A DNA stretch of 32,000 bases from Georgenia sp. SYP-B2076 (GCF_003991205.1 NZ_RXOZ01000037.1:177379-209378), one strand, 5' to 3'; positions 1 through 9,434 are shown, counted from the first letter of the stretch. Program-made: numbers and translations. Notes: generated by a model from the sequence alone, not told the origin.

Positions 1-2
1 GG

Positions 3-2174
3 GACCGGGTCGTGCGGGGCGCACGGGCGGGGCGGCGGCGCCTGGTGCTCGTGATCGACGGCCTCGACCAGGTCGGCGACCGCGAGGTCGACGAGGAGCT
101 CGTGACCCTCGGCCAGACCCACCAGGAGCTGCACCTCGCCCTCCTCATGCGCGCCCGCCGCCCGGTGGAGACGCTCGCCCGGGTCGCCCTGGACACTGTG
201 GTGCTGCGACGCGAGGACCTGGTGCTGGAGAGCGGGCAGGTCGCCGATCTCGCGCGGGCCATCGGCCGCCCGGTGAGCGCCGCCGAGGCGCGCCGGCTCA
301 CCGACGGCCTCGGCGGATGGGCCGGCCTCGTCCGCGCCGCCCTCCTGACCTCCGAGCCCGGCCCCGACGGCGTCCTCGCCCTGGAGATGGCAAGCCTCGC
401 CGACTACCTGCGCCTCGTGCTCCAGGACGGCGCGATGACCGCCGCCGCGCCGGCGGTCACCGCCCTGGCTGTCCCCGACCACGTGACCCCCGAGCTCGCC
501 GGCCGGCTCGCGGGGGCGGGGGCGCTCGCCGGCGCGGTCAGCCGGGCCCGGGAGGCCGGCCTGCTGCCCGAGCACGGCGGGGACGGGCCGGACGCGGTCG
601 CCTACCCCGCCATCGTGCGCGAGCTGCTCCTGCGGATCTTGCGGGAGGACGAGCCGGACCGGTACCGCATGCTCAACCGCGTCACGATGGAGCACTGCCT
701 GCGCGCCGGCGAACCGCTCGCGGCCCTGACCCACGCGGTACGCACGCAGGACCCCCGCGCCGTGGTCGCCGTCCTCGAGAGCGCCTGGCCGCAGCTGCTG
801 GCGCACCCCGAACCCGTCCGCGAGGCGCTCACGCTCGTTCCGGCCGAGCTGCTCGCCGCCAGCGCCAGGGGCCGCGTGGCCCGCGACCACATCCTGCCCG
901 CCGAGGTGCCGCGGTCCTTCCGCCTGGCGCTGGTCAGCGGGCTCAGGCACGGCGACTACGTGCCCGGGGCGGACGCCGCGCCGGCGCCCGGGCCGGGACC
1001 GGTCCGAGCGCCCGGGCCGGGACCGGGGGCGCACGCCGGGCCGGATGACGACCACGTGCACCAGCACCTCCTCCTCCTCGGCGCGACGCGGCTGCTCGAG
1101 GCCGACGTCGTCCGGGCCGCGCACGCCTTCACGGACGCCGGGCTGTGCGCGCAGGCGAGCGGTGACCGGTCCGCGACGGCGCAGGCCCACGGCGGCCTGG
1201 CGCTGAGCCTCGCCTTCCTCGGGCACCCGGACGCGGCCCGCAGGTACCTCGGCGAGCTGCCCGGGCCGGACGCACCCGGGCTCGCGCAGGTGGCCGCCCG
1301 GGTGGTCCCGGCCCTCCTCGCGCTGGACGGGCTCGACCCCCACACCGCCGACCTGGAGCTCGACCTGCCCGCGGACCTGGCGGGGCTCGAGGCCACCTCC
1401 CTCTACGTCCGCGCCGGGCGGGCGCTGCACGCCGGGGGCAGTGAGGAGATGCTGGGCCGCCTCGAGCGGTTCCACCGGGGCCCGGCGGGCGGCTCCGCGC
1501 TGGCGGAGAACCTCGTCGTCGCGGCGCTCGTGGACCTCTACCTCGCGACCGACCAGGCGGACCGCGCCCGGTCGCTGCTCGGCTCCGTCCCGGCGGCCGT
1601 CGCGGACCGGTCGGTCTGGCTGCGGGCCGCACGCGCGCGGGTGGCGCTCTACGCCGGGGACCACGAGCTCGCGCTCGAGCTCGGCGGCCGCAGCGCCGAG
1701 ATGGCGGCCCTGCGCCCCCGGGCCGCGCTGGGCCTCAGCCTGGTCCGCGCCGTCGCCGCCCATCGTGCGGGGCACCAGCTCGTCGCCATGGAGGCGCTCG
1801 AGCTCGCCACCTCCCTGGCGCTGAGCAGCGGCAACGTGCGCGCCTTCGTCCTGGTGCCGCGCGACGACCTCGAGGCGGTCGCGGCGGCCGTGCCGGCCGC
1901 CCGGGCGCTGCTGGTCCGCCCCGAGCTCGCCGCGTCCCCGCCGCTGCCGGCGCCGCACCGGGCCGTGCGGCTCAGCCGCAGCGAGCTGCGCGTGCTCGGC
2001 GAGCTGGCCTCGGGCCGGCCCGTCACGCACGTCGCGCGCCGGCTCTACGTCTCGGAGAGCACCATCAAGACCCAGGTGCGCAGCATCTACCGCAAGCTGG
2101 GCGTCCACTCGCGCGCCGACGCCCTGAGCCGGGCGAGGTCGCTGGGCATCCTCGCCCCCGACGCCCCGGAGTGA
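3..2174 (+). CDS. Large LuxR-family (MalT/LAL-type) transcriptional regulator, 5' end cut by the window edge
   Basis: The frame is open from the window start. It begins inside a Walker-B-like LVLVIDGLDQV. A long Ala/Leu-rich helical-repeat body follows. The C-terminus is a LuxR HTH (LSRSELRVLGELASGRPVTHVARRLYVSESTIKTQVRSIYRKLGV). It carries an in-frame 19-nt perfect direct repeat gcgcccgggccgggaccgg at 984-1002 and 1008-1026, encoding APGPGP twice. Confidence 0.8.
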   Translation, partial: DRVVRGARAGRRRLVLVIDGLDQVGDREVDEELVTLGQTHQELHLALLMRARRPVETLARVALDTVVLRREDLVLESGQVADLARAIGRPVSAAEARRLTDGLGGWAGLVRAALLTSEPGPDGVLALEMASLADYLRLVLQDGAMTAAAPAVTALAVPDHVTPELAGRLAGAGALAGAVSRAREAGLLPEHGGDGPDAVAYPAIVRELLLRILREDEPDRYRMLNRVTMEHCLRAGEPLAALTHAVRTQDPRAVVAVLESAWPQLLAHPEPVREALTLVPAELLAASARGRVARDHILPAEVPRSFRLALVSGLRHGDYVPGADAAPAPGPGPVRAPGPGPGAHAGPDDDHVHQHLLLLGATRLLEADVVRAAHAFTDAGLCAQASGDRSATAQAHGGLALSLAFLGHPDAARRYLGELPGPDAPGLAQVAARVVPALLALDGLDPHTADLELDLPADLAGLEATSLYVRAGRALHAGGSEEMLGRLERFHRGPAGGSALAENLVVAALVDLYLATDQADRARSLLGSVPAAVADRSVWLRAARARVALYAGDHELALELGGRSAEMAALRPRAALGLSLVRAVAAHRAGHQLVAMEALELATSLALSSGNVRAFVLVPRDDLEAVAAAVPAARALLVRPELAASPPLPAPHRAVRLSRSELRVLGELASGRPVTHVARRLYVSESTIKTQVRSIYRKLGVHSRADALSRARSLGILAPDAPE

Positions 2175-2342
2175 CCGCCCCGCACCGCGCCCGGGTGAGA
2201 CCGATCACCCCGGCCGCGGTTCCGTGGCGGGCGAGGATGCCGTAGGATTGTCCGCTGGGCATGGCATCACCGTGTCGGCGTGCGCCCGCACGACGGCCCG
2301 GGCCGGCACCAACCATCAGATCAACCTACGTTAGCGGGGGAC

Positions 2343-2564
2343 ATGGCGAAGAAGGACGGCGTCATCGAGATCGAGGGCAGCGTTGTCGAGGCCCTCCCGA
2401 ACGCGATGTTCCGTGTGGAGCTGAGCAACGGCCACAAGGTTCTCGCGCACATCTCGGGCAAGATGCGCCAGCACTACATCCGGATCCTCCCCGAGGACCG
2501 GGTGGTCGTCGAGTTGAGCCCTTACGACCTCACCCGGGGTCGGATCGTCTACCGCTACAAGTAA
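2343..2564 (+). CDS. infA: Translation initiation factor IF-1
   Basis: The 73-aa product [73 protein letters not shown] is a near-universal IF-1 sequence. The ATG lies at 2343 after gcggggga. Confidence 0.97.
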   Translation: MAKKDGVIEIEGSVVEALPNAMFRVELSNGHKVLAHISGKMRQHYIRILPEDRVVVELSPYDLTRGRIVYRYK

Positions 2565-2629
2565 CCACCACGAACATGCGCCGTCGTGCTGACCCGGGTG
2601 GGTCGCGCATGCGCGGCGGCGGAGGAAAC

Positions 2630-2743
2630 ATGAAGGTCAAGCCCAGCGTCAAGAAGATCTGCGACAAGTGCAAGGTCATTCGTCGTCACGGCCGAGTCAT
2701 GGTCATCTGCGAGAACCTGCGCCACAAGCAGCGCCAGGGCTGA
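2630..2743 (+). CDS. rpmJ: 50S ribosomal protein L36
   Basis: The 37-aa product is [44 protein letters not shown] Shine-Dalgarno lies 4 nt upstream of the ATG. Confidence 0.97.
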   Translation: MKVKPSVKKICDKCKVIRRHGRVMVICENLRHKQRQG

Positions 2744-2893
2744 GCCCAGGCATCCGCTGAGGGTCCGCCCTCGGCACAGCGCACCACCAGCGTCGCCGCC
2801 CAGGCGTCGGCGCCACCCTCGGCTCGGAGGCCGGGGCCCGCAGCAGCGGGAGGGCGGTGCTTCAGACCTCCGACCCCACAACAGGAGTCAAAG

Positions 2894-3274
2894 TTGGCAC
2901 GTCTTTCTGGCGTCGACCTCCCCCGCGAGAAGCGGCTCGAGATCGCGCTCACCTACATCTACGGCGTCGGCCGCACCCGCGCCAAGGAAACTCTCGAGGC
3001 CACCGGGATCAGCCCTGACCTGCGCGTCAAGGACATGACCGACTCGGACCTCGTCACGCTGCGCGACTACATCGAGGGCAACTTCAAGGTCGAGGGTGAC
3101 CTCCGCCGCGAGGTCGCCGCGGACATCCGCCGCAAGGTGGAGATCGGCTGCTACCAGGGTCTGCGCCACCGTCGTGGCCTGCCCGTCCACGGCCAGCGCA
3201 CCAAGACCAACGCGCGCACCCGCAAGGGCCCCAAGCGCACCGTCGCCGGCAAGAAGAAGGCCGGCAAGAAGTAG
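2894..3274 (+). CDS. rpsM: 30S ribosomal protein S13
   Basis: The product [32 protein letters not shown]...[34 protein letters not shown] is canonical S13. It has a TTG start with an AGGAG 6 nt upstream. Confidence 0.96.
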   Translation: MARLSGVDLPREKRLEIALTYIYGVGRTRAKETLEATGISPDLRVKDMTDSDLVTLRDYIEGNFKVEGDLRREVAADIRRKVEIGCYQGLRHRRGLPVHGQRTKTNARTRKGPKRTVAGKKKAGKK

Positions 3275-3281
3275 TCCGCGC

Positions 3282-3311
3282 CCCCGCCGCCGCACGGCGC
3301 CGGCGGCGGGG
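3282..3311 (+). other. Intercistronic GC hairpin between rpsM and rpsK
   Basis: ccccgccgccg (3282-3292) is the exact reverse complement of cggcggcgggg (3301-3311), with an 8-nt loop. There is no U tract. Confidence 0.4.
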
Positions 3312-3351
3312 ACCGGTCCGACGACCTCACACCCTGGAGAAGAAAGCGCAT

Positions 3352-3759
3352 ATGCCTCCCAAGACCCGTACGGCGACCGCGGCACGCAAGCCGCGCCGCA
3401 AGGAGCGGAAGAACGTCTCCCACGGCCACGCCTACATCAAGAGCACCTTCAACAACACGATCGTCTCGATCACGGACCCGACCGGCGCCGTGATCGCCTG
3501 GGCCTCCTCCGGCCAGGTCGGCTTCAAGGGCTCGCGCAAGTCGACGCCCTTCGCCGCGCAGCTCGCGGCCGAGGCCGCCGCCCGCCGCGCCCAGGAGCAC
3601 GGCATGAAGAAGGTCGACGTCTTCGTCAAGGGTCCCGGCTCCGGCCGCGAGACCGCGATCCGCTCCCTGCAGGCCACCGGCCTCGAGGTCGGCTCGATCC
3701 AGGACGTCACCCCCCAGGCGCACAACGGCTGCCGCCCGCCCAAGCGTCGCCGCGTCTGA
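3352..3759 (+). CDS. rpsK: 30S ribosomal protein S11
   Basis: The product ...[51 protein letters not shown]...[10 protein letters not shown] is canonical S11. Confidence 0.97.
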   Translation: MPPKTRTATAARKPRRKERKNVSHGHAYIKSTFNNTIVSITDPTGAVIAWASSGQVGFKGSRKSTPFAAQLAAEAAARRAQEHGMKKVDVFVKGPGSGRETAIRSLQATGLEVGSIQDVTPQAHNGCRPPKRRRV

Positions 3760-3771
3760 GCTGCGGCACAG

Positions 3772-3801
3772 GGGATGCGCGCACCGCGGTGCGCGCATCC
3801 C
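3772..3801 (+). terminator. Perfect 13-bp GC-rich hairpin 12 nt after the rpsK stop (attenuator, processing or stability element)
   Basis: gggatgcgcgcac / cgcg loop / gtgcgcgcatccc. All 13 pairs are Watson-Crick when checked base by base. No U tract follows. A weaker second stem ctgccgg...ccggcag lies about 30 nt downstream. Confidence 0.45.
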
Positions 3802-3899
3802 GCCGTGCTGCGTGTGCACCACCCCTGCCGGACGGACAGAGGACCGGCAGGTCCTGCCATGGCGTCATATAGCGGACGCCAGCTGAAAGGAACACCACC

Positions 3900-4928
3900 G
3901 TGCTTATCGCACAGCGCCCCACGCTGACCGAAGAGGTTGTCTCCGACTACCGCTCCCGGTTCGTCATCGAGCCGCTCGAGCCCGGCTTCGGGTACACCCT
4001 CGGCAACTCCCTGCGCCGGACCCTGCTCTCGTCCATCCCGGGCGCGGCGGTCACGTCGATCCGGATCGACGGCGTGCTCCACGAGTTCTCGACCGTTCCC
4101 GGTGTCAAGGAAGACGTCACCGAGATCATCCTGAACATCAAGAACGTCGTCGTCTCCTCGGAGAACGACGAGCCGGTCGTGATGTACCTGCGCAAGCAGG
4201 GCCCGGGTGTCGTCACCGCCGGTGACATCACCCCGCCCGCGGGCGTGGAGGTCCACAACCCGGACCTGCACATCGCCACCATCAACGCCAAGGGCAAGCT
4301 CGAGGTCGAGCTGACGGTCGAGCGTGGCCGCGGCTACGTCTCCGCCGTCCAGAACAAGAGCTCGGACGCCGAGATCGGTCGCATCCCGATCGACTCGATC
4401 TACTCCCCGGTGCTGAAGGTCACGTACAAGGTCGAGGCGACCCGTGTGGAGCAGCGCACGGACTTCGACAAGCTGGTCGTGGACGTCGAGACCAAGAACG
4501 CGATCTCGCCGCGTGACGCCATCGCGTCGGCGGGCAAGACGCTCGTGGAGCTCTTCGGCCTGGCCCGTGAGCTCAACGTCGAGGCGGAGGGCATCGAGAT
4601 CGGCCCGTCCCCGACGGACGCCGCCCTCGCCCAGGACCTGGCGATGCCCATCGAGGACCTGGGGCTCCTCTCGCGCTCGTACAACTGCCTCAAGCGTGAG
4701 GGCATCCACTCCGTGGGCGAGCTCGTCGCCCGCAGCGAGGCCGACCTCCTGGACATCCGCAACTTCGGCGCCAAGTCGATCGGCGAGATCAAGGAGAAGC
4801 TGTCCGGCCTGGGCCTCGGCCTCAAGGACAGCCCGGCGGACTTCGACCTCTCGGCGCACGTCGGTGCCGAGGAGGACGACGAGGAAGCTTACGGCGACAT
4901 CCAGTTCAGCGACGAGCAGCCCAGCTGA
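3900..4928 (+). CDS. rpoA: DNA-directed RNA polymerase subunit alpha
   Basis: The product [73 protein letters not shown]... carries a C-terminal domain with [15 protein letters not shown]. It has a GTG start after aaaggaaca. Confidence 0.97.
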   Translation: MLIAQRPTLTEEVVSDYRSRFVIEPLEPGFGYTLGNSLRRTLLSSIPGAAVTSIRIDGVLHEFSTVPGVKEDVTEIILNIKNVVVSSENDEPVVMYLRKQGPGVVTAGDITPPAGVEVHNPDLHIATINAKGKLEVELTVERGRGYVSAVQNKSSDAEIGRIPIDSIYSPVLKVTYKVEATRVEQRTDFDKLVVDVETKNAISPRDAIASAGKTLVELFGLARELNVEAEGIEIGPSPTDAALAQDLAMPIEDLGLLSRSYNCLKREGIHSVGELVARSEADLLDIRNFGAKSIGEIKEKLSGLGLGLKDSPADFDLSAHVGAEEDDEEAYGDIQFSDEQPS

Positions 4929-4961
4929 CCTGCTGGCCCGACATATCTACTAGGAGTAACC

Positions 4962-5558
4962 ATGCCTACACCCGCAAAGGGTGCCCGTCTGGGCGGCAGC
5001 GCTGCGCACGAGCGGCTCATGCTGGCCAACCTGGCCACCGCACTGTTCGAGCACAAGAAGATCACCACCACGGAGCACCGCGCCCGGCGCCTGCGCCCGG
5101 TGGCCGAGAAGCTCATCACGCTCGCGAAGCGCGGTGACCTCTCCGCGCGCCGCCGCGTCCTGGCGACCCTGAGCCGCAAGGACATCGTCGCCGAGCTCTT
5201 CGAGCAGACGGCGCCGAAGTTCGCCGACCGCAACGGCGGCTACACGCGCATCACCAAGGTCGCCAACCGCAAGGGCGACAACGCCCCCATGGCGGTCATC
5301 GAGCTCGTGCTCGAGCCCGTGAGCCCGAAGCAGGCGACCGTGCGCGAGGCTGAGAAGGCCACCGAGCGCGCCGCCAAGGCGTCGGCTCCGGTCGAGGCGC
5401 CCGTGGCCGACGAGGCCCCCGCGGCCGACGCAGAGGCCCCCGAGGCTGAGGCCCCCGCGGCCGACGCCGCCGAGACCGAGGCCGTCGAGGCTGAGGCCCC
5501 CGCGGCCGACGCCGCCGAGGCCCCCGCCGCCGAGAAGGCGGAGGACAAGGAGGCCTGA
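4962..5558 (+). CDS. rplQ: 50S ribosomal protein L17 with an Ala/Glu/Pro-rich C-terminal extension
   Basis: The N-terminal 120 aa ([58 protein letters not shown]...GGYTRITKV) is canonical L17. An AGGAG lies upstream of the ATG. An acidic/alanine tail of about 70 aa follows. Confidence 0.95.
   Translation: MPTPAKGARLGGSAAHERLMLANLATALFEHKKITTTEHRARRLRPVAEKLITLAKRGDLSARRRVLATLSRKDIVAELFEQTAPKFADRNGGYTRITKVANRKGDNAPMAVIELVLEPVSPKQATVREAEKATERAAKASAPVEAPVADEAPAADAEAPEAEAPAADAAETEAVEAEAPAADAAEAPAAEKAEDKEA
5445..5519 (+). repeat. In-frame tandem repeat inside the L17 tail
   Basis: The 30-nt string gctgaggcccccgcggccgacgccgccgag occurs identically at 5445-5474 and 5490-5519, a 45-nt period encoding [10 protein letters not shown]. 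Confidence 0.85.
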
Positions 5559-5576
5559 GCCTCCCTGCCCACGCTC

Positions 5577-5616
5577 GCGTGAAGGGCCCGGACCGCCTGG
5601 TCCGGGCCCTTCGCGC
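5577..5616 (+). terminator. rplQ operon terminator hairpin
   Basis: gaagggcccggacc (5581-5594), loop gcct, ggtccgggcccttc (5599-5612) form a perfect 14-bp stem. It is extendable by gcgt/gcgc to about 18 bp. It starts 19 nt after the rplQ stop. There is no U tail, which is common in high-GC actinobacteria. Confidence 0.6.
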
Positions 5617-5666
5617 ACCCCCGGGAAGCCGTTCGCCAGAGCCGGGCCGCGCCCTACGCTGGCGCC

Positions 5667-6500
5667 GTGAGCTCATCAGCGGGTGCCATGACGACGGGCA
5701 CGCCGACCGTCCTGCTCGTGCACGGGATCCGGGCGTCGTCGTCGATGTGGCGGCGTCAGGTCGACGCCCTCCGGGCGGCCGGCGTGCCCGCCGTCGCGCC
5801 GGACATGCCCGGGCACGGCAGCCGTGCCGGCGAACCGTTCACCGTCGACGGCGCGCTCGCGACCATCGAGGAGGTCGCCCGCCGTGTGGCGGCACCCGTG
5901 GTGGTCGCTGGCATGTCCATGGGCGGCTACCTCGCCCTGCACTGGGCCGCCCACACCCGGCGGCGGCCGGCCGCGGTGCTCGCGGCGTCGTGCAGCACCC
6001 AGCCGCAGGGGCTGCCGCTGTGGGCCTACCGGCGCCTCGCCCGCGCCATCGGCCGCCTCCCCGACGCCGGCGCCGGCCTGAGCGACGCGCTGGCGCGGCG
6101 CTTCCTGCCCGCGGACGCCCTCGCCGACGTGCTGGCCGGCGGGACGAACGTGGGCGTCATGGACCACGTCCTCGCGGGCATGGCCGGTGTTGACACGCTG
6201 GCGGACCTGCGCGCGATCGAGGCGCCCGTCTGGCTGGTCAACGGCCGCTGGGACCACTTCCGCGGCCACGAGCGCCGGTTCCTGCGTCAGTGTGCCGACG
6301 GGCGCCTCGTCGTCGTCCCGGGCGCCACCCACCTCGTCTCCCTCGTGCGGCCGGTCGCCTTCAACCGCGTCCTGCTGGACCTCGTCGAGGAGGTCCGCGC
6401 AGGCGGCGGTGGGCGGGACGGAGTCCGCACCGGCGGCGGCGGGCGGGACGGGGTCAGTGCCGGGGCGGGTGCGGGCCCGGCGGCAGCGCGTACGGCGTGA
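5667..6500 (+). CDS. Alpha/beta-fold hydrolase
   Basis: VLLVHGIRASSSMWRRQVDALRAAGVPAVAPDMPGHG, then the nucleophile-elbow-like GMSMGG, and a late H in PGATHLV. The start is ambiguous: GTG 5667 or ATG 5688. The C-terminus holds a 30-nt-period repeat (GGGGRDGVRT/GGGGRDGVSA, 6402-6455). It overlaps the convergent ABC ATPase gene by 47 nt. Confidence 0.75.
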   Translation: MSSSAGAMTTGTPTVLLVHGIRASSSMWRRQVDALRAAGVPAVAPDMPGHGSRAGEPFTVDGALATIEEVARRVAAPVVVAGMSMGGYLALHWAAHTRRRPAAVLAASCSTQPQGLPLWAYRRLARAIGRLPDAGAGLSDALARRFLPADALADVLAGGTNVGVMDHVLAGMAGVDTLADLRAIEAPVWLVNGRWDHFRGHERRFLRQCADGRLVVVPGATHLVSLVRPVAFNRVLLDLVEEVRAGGGGRDGVRTGGGGRDGVSAGAGAGPAAARTA

Positions 6501-7221
6501 CGACCGCACGCCGGCGGCCGCCCTCGCCGTACGTGATGGTCCGCACCTCCACGGCGTACAGCTCGGAGAGCGCGTCGTCGGTGAGCAGCGCGGCGGCGGC
6601 GCCGGTGCGCACGTCGCCCGCGCCCATCATCAGGACGGCGGAGTCGGCGAGGGACAGGGCGTGGTCGGGGTGGTGCGTGGTGAGCAGCACCGCCATGCCG
6701 TCCGCGACCAGCCGGCGCAGCAGCACCAGGATCCGGGCCTGGTTGTGCAGGTCCAGCCCGGTCGAGGGCTCGTCGAGCACGAGGGTCGGGCACTGGGAGG
6801 CCAGCGCGCGGGCGATCAGCACGAGCTGCTGCTCACCGCCGCTGAGCGTGGGGAACGCCCGGTCCCACAGGTGCGAGATCCCCACCCGGTCCATCGCGGC
6901 GAGCGCCGCGGCCCGGTCCGCGCGGCCGGGGGTCGAGAACATCCCGATGAGGCGCGTGCGTCCCATCACGACCATGTCGAGGGCGTCGTAGGCGAACGCG
7001 CCGCCCCGCGCCTGCGGGACGTACCCGACGGCGCCGTCGGTGGCGACGGTGCCCTCGCGCGGGGCCAGGAGCCCGGCGGCGCAGCGCACGAGCGTCGTCT
7101 TGCCCCGGCCGTTGGGCCCGAGCACGGCCGTGACGGATCCCGGTGCCACCCGGAAGCTCACCTCCCGGAAGAGCCAGCCTCCGCGCGGGTAGCGGAAGCC
7201 GAGGCGGTCGACCTCAAGCAC
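6454..7221 (-). CDS. ABC transporter ATP-binding protein (FecE/FhuC-like, iron-chelate/B12 class)
   Basis: Walker A GPNGRGKTT, signature LSGGEQQ and Walker B LVLDEPSTGLD are present. The GTG start overlaps the permease stop by 8 nt (GTGCTTGA). Confidence 0.9.
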   Translation of the reverse strand: MLEVDRLGFRYPRGGWLFREVSFRVAPGSVTAVLGPNGRGKTTLVRCAAGLLAPREGTVATDGAVGYVPQARGGAFAYDALDMVVMGRTRLIGMFSTPGRADRAAALAAMDRVGISHLWDRAFPTLSGGEQQLVLIARALASQCPTLVLDEPSTGLDLHNQARILVLLRRLVADGMAVLLTTHHPDHALSLADSAVLMMGAGDVRTGAAAALLTDDALSELYAVEVRTITYGEGGRRRAVVTPYALPPGPHPPRH

Positions 7222-8293
7222 TGTCCCAGATCCTGTCCCGGTTGCGGCGCAGCAGCACGAAGAAGGCCGGCGCCCCGACCAGCGCCGTGATGACCCCGAG
7301 CGGGATCTCCGCGGCCGTGGCCGTCCGCGCCAGGGTGTCGACGGCGATGAGATAGGCGCCGCCCGTGAGGAACGAGACCGGCAGCAGCACCCGGTGGTCC
7401 GGCCCCACCCACATCCGTGCCAGGTGCGGGACCACCAGCCCGACCCACGCCACGACGCCGCTGACCGCGACGCCCCCCGCGACGATGAGCGCGGCGGCGA
7501 CGAGCACGACCCACCTCATGCGGCCCGGCCGCAGCCCGAGCGCGGCGGCCTCCTCGTCCCCGAGGGACAGCACGTTGATGCGCCACCGCACGGCCACGAG
7601 GACCACCGTGCCCGCGAGGATCGGCACGACGGCGACCGCGAGCGTGGCGTAGGTGGCCGTGGCGACGCTGCCCAGCAGCCAGAACACGATCGCCGGCAGG
7701 GTCGTGTACGGGTCGGCGAGGTAGGTCAGCAGGGACACGAGGGCGGAGAAGAACGAGCCGGTCACCACCCCGCCGAGGACGACCATGAGCATCGAGGCGC
7801 CGCTGCGCCCGAGGGTGAGCAGGAACAGGAGGGTCAGGGCCCCGAGACCGAAGACGAACGCCCCTCCGACGAGGTACACGGTGCCCAGCCCGAGGAGCAG
7901 GGCGAGCGCCCCGCCGAACGACGCGCCCGCGGAGACCCCGATGATCTCCGGGCTGACGAGGGGGTTGCGGAAGGTCGCCTGCAGCGCGGCGCCGGCGATG
8001 CCCAGGCCGCCCCCGACGAGCAGGGCGAGCAGGATCCTCGGCAGGCGCACGAGCAGCACGATGTTCTGCTCGTTCCCGGCCGCGGGGCCGGCCGCCCCCA
8101 GCGCCCGGGCCGCCACGATCTGCGCGACGTCGGTCAGCGGGACCGGGAACCGGCCCACCGACAGCGCGACCAGGACCACCCCCACGAGGACCGCCGCCAT
8201 GACGAGGACCGGGAGGGCGGCCCGCCGCTGGTCGTCGTCCGATCGCCGGCGCCGCACCGCCCGGCCCGGCGCCCGGGCGTGGTCATCGGGCAT
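7214..8293 (-). CDS. FecCD-family ABC permease
   Basis: A multi-pass hydrophobic protein with the family-typical ...LQATFRNPLVSPEIIGVSAGASFGGALALLLG... and C-terminal GVITALVGAPAFFVLLRR. The ATG overlaps the binding-protein stop by 11 nt. Confidence 0.9.
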   Translation of the reverse strand: MPDDHARAPGRAVRRRRSDDDQRRAALPVLVMAAVLVGVVLVALSVGRFPVPLTDVAQIVAARALGAAGPAAGNEQNIVLLVRLPRILLALLVGGGLGIAGAALQATFRNPLVSPEIIGVSAGASFGGALALLLGLGTVYLVGGAFVFGLGALTLLFLLTLGRSGASMLMVVLGGVVTGSFFSALVSLLTYLADPYTTLPAIVFWLLGSVATATYATLAVAVVPILAGTVVLVAVRWRINVLSLGDEEAAALGLRPGRMRWVVLVAAALIVAGGVAVSGVVAWVGLVVPHLARMWVGPDHRVLLPVSFLTGGAYLIAVDTLARTATAAEIPLGVITALVGAPAFFVLLRRNRDRIWDSA

Positions 8294-9434
8294 CGAACTG
8301 TCCGTAGCCCGCCGAGCCGCCGTTGACCTCGGACCACAGGATCCGGCCCAGGTCCGCGTCCGTGGGCCGGTAGCCGTAGAGGAAGCCGTAGGCGTCGCGG
8401 ACGTCGTCCCGCAGGGGCCGGCCGTCGTCCCCGGGGAACACGATCCGGGAGAGCCAGCGCCACATCAGCGGGGACTCCTGGCCGGGCGGGTCCCACCGGT
8501 ACCCGCCCAGCGGCACCTTGTAGACGCGCCGCGACCGCACCGCGGACACGGGGCCCCACACCGCGTCGCCGTAGACGTCGTCGGGCATCGCCTCGTCGAA
8601 GTTGCCGAGCAGCACGATGTCGGGGTCCCAGCCGAGCACCTGCTCGACGTCCACCCCCACCATGCCCGGGCCCCGGACGCCGGTGGGCCCGGACGCCGGG
8701 TTCTCGGCGCCGACCAGCCGGATGTAGAAGTCGTTGTAGGTCCTCGGCCCGGCCACCTTGAGGCCGGCGGAGAAGCGGTTGAAATACAGGACCTTGGGCG
8801 CGGCGCCGGCCACCTTCGCGGTGCGCGCCTTCACCTCCCGCAGCGCGGCGTCGCTGCGGGAGATCATCTCCTTCGCGCGGTCCGGCTTGCCGAGGATGGT
8901 CGCGAACAGGGTCGTCCAGGTGTCGAGGTCGTCCTGGGTCCCGTAGGTGACGCCGAGCACCTTCAGCCCCGCGTTCTCCAGGGGGGCGATGATGCCCGTC
9001 CCCTCGTCGGCCCACTGCACGACCACGTCGGGCCGGAGCGCGAGGATGCTCTCCACGTTGGGGGTGAAGTCCTGCCCGGCCACGTCGTGGGCGATCCCGG
9101 TGGCCCTGGGGAACATCGTGGCCATGATCCCGTCGCGGATCGCCGTAAAGGACGCCTCGTTCATGCCCACCAGGTGGTCGGCGGAGGCGTCGACCGCGAT
9201 CGCGAGGGAGGCGGCCGGCATCGGCAGCGTGACGATCCTGGTGACGGGGCGGTCGAAGGTCAGCGTGGTGCCCCGCTGGTCCTGGACCGTGATCCCGCCG
9301 GCCGCGGTGGTCGCGGCGGGCTCCGCCCGCGACCCGCACGCCGAGAGGAGGCCGAGGCCCCCGAGCAGCGCGGCGCCCCTGAGGACCGAGCGCCGCGAGA
9401 TCGCCGGCAGCTCGCCGAAGGCCGGGGGACTCAT
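8283..9434 (-). CDS. ABC substrate-binding lipoprotein (periplasmic-binding-protein type 2, siderophore/B12 class) with a twin-arginine-like signal
   Basis: The start was chosen at MSPPAFGELPAISRRSVLRGAALLGGLGLLSACGS, which combines RR, an h-region and an LSAC lipobox. The body resembles FhuD/BtuF-type binders. The ATG at 9432-9434 overlaps the upstream gene's TGA (ATGA). Confidence 0.85.
   Translation of the reverse strand: MSPPAFGELPAISRRSVLRGAALLGGLGLLSACGSRAEPAATTAAGGITVQDQRGTTLTFDRPVTRIVTLPMPAASLAIAVDASADHLVGMNEASFTAIRDGIMATMFPRATGIAHDVAGQDFTPNVESILALRPDVVVQWADEGTGIIAPLENAGLKVLGVTYGTQDDLDTWTTLFATILGKPDRAKEMISRSDAALREVKARTAKVAGAAPKVLYFNRFSAGLKVAGPRTYNDFYIRLVGAENPASGPTGVRGPGMVGVDVEQVLGWDPDIVLLGNFDEAMPDDVYGDAVWGPVSAVRSRRVYKVPLGGYRWDPPGQESPLMWRWLSRIVFPGDDGRPLRDDVRDAYGFLYGYRPTDADLGRILWSEVNGGSAGYGQFDAR

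Noticed and set aside
3760-3899. Absence of rpsD (S4) between rpsK and rpoA as a possible deletion.
   Set aside because: Several actinobacterial lineages, for example Streptomyces, encode rpsD elsewhere. The 140-nt gap shows no S4 remnants. This is a lineage-typical arrangement, not an anomaly.
4962-5558. The long Ala/Glu-rich C-terminal extension of L17 as a novelty.
   Set aside because: Extended low-complexity tails on L17 are common in actinobacteria; as I recall, mycobacterial L17 is also about 180 aa. Only the internal 45-nt-period repeat is noted as a feature.
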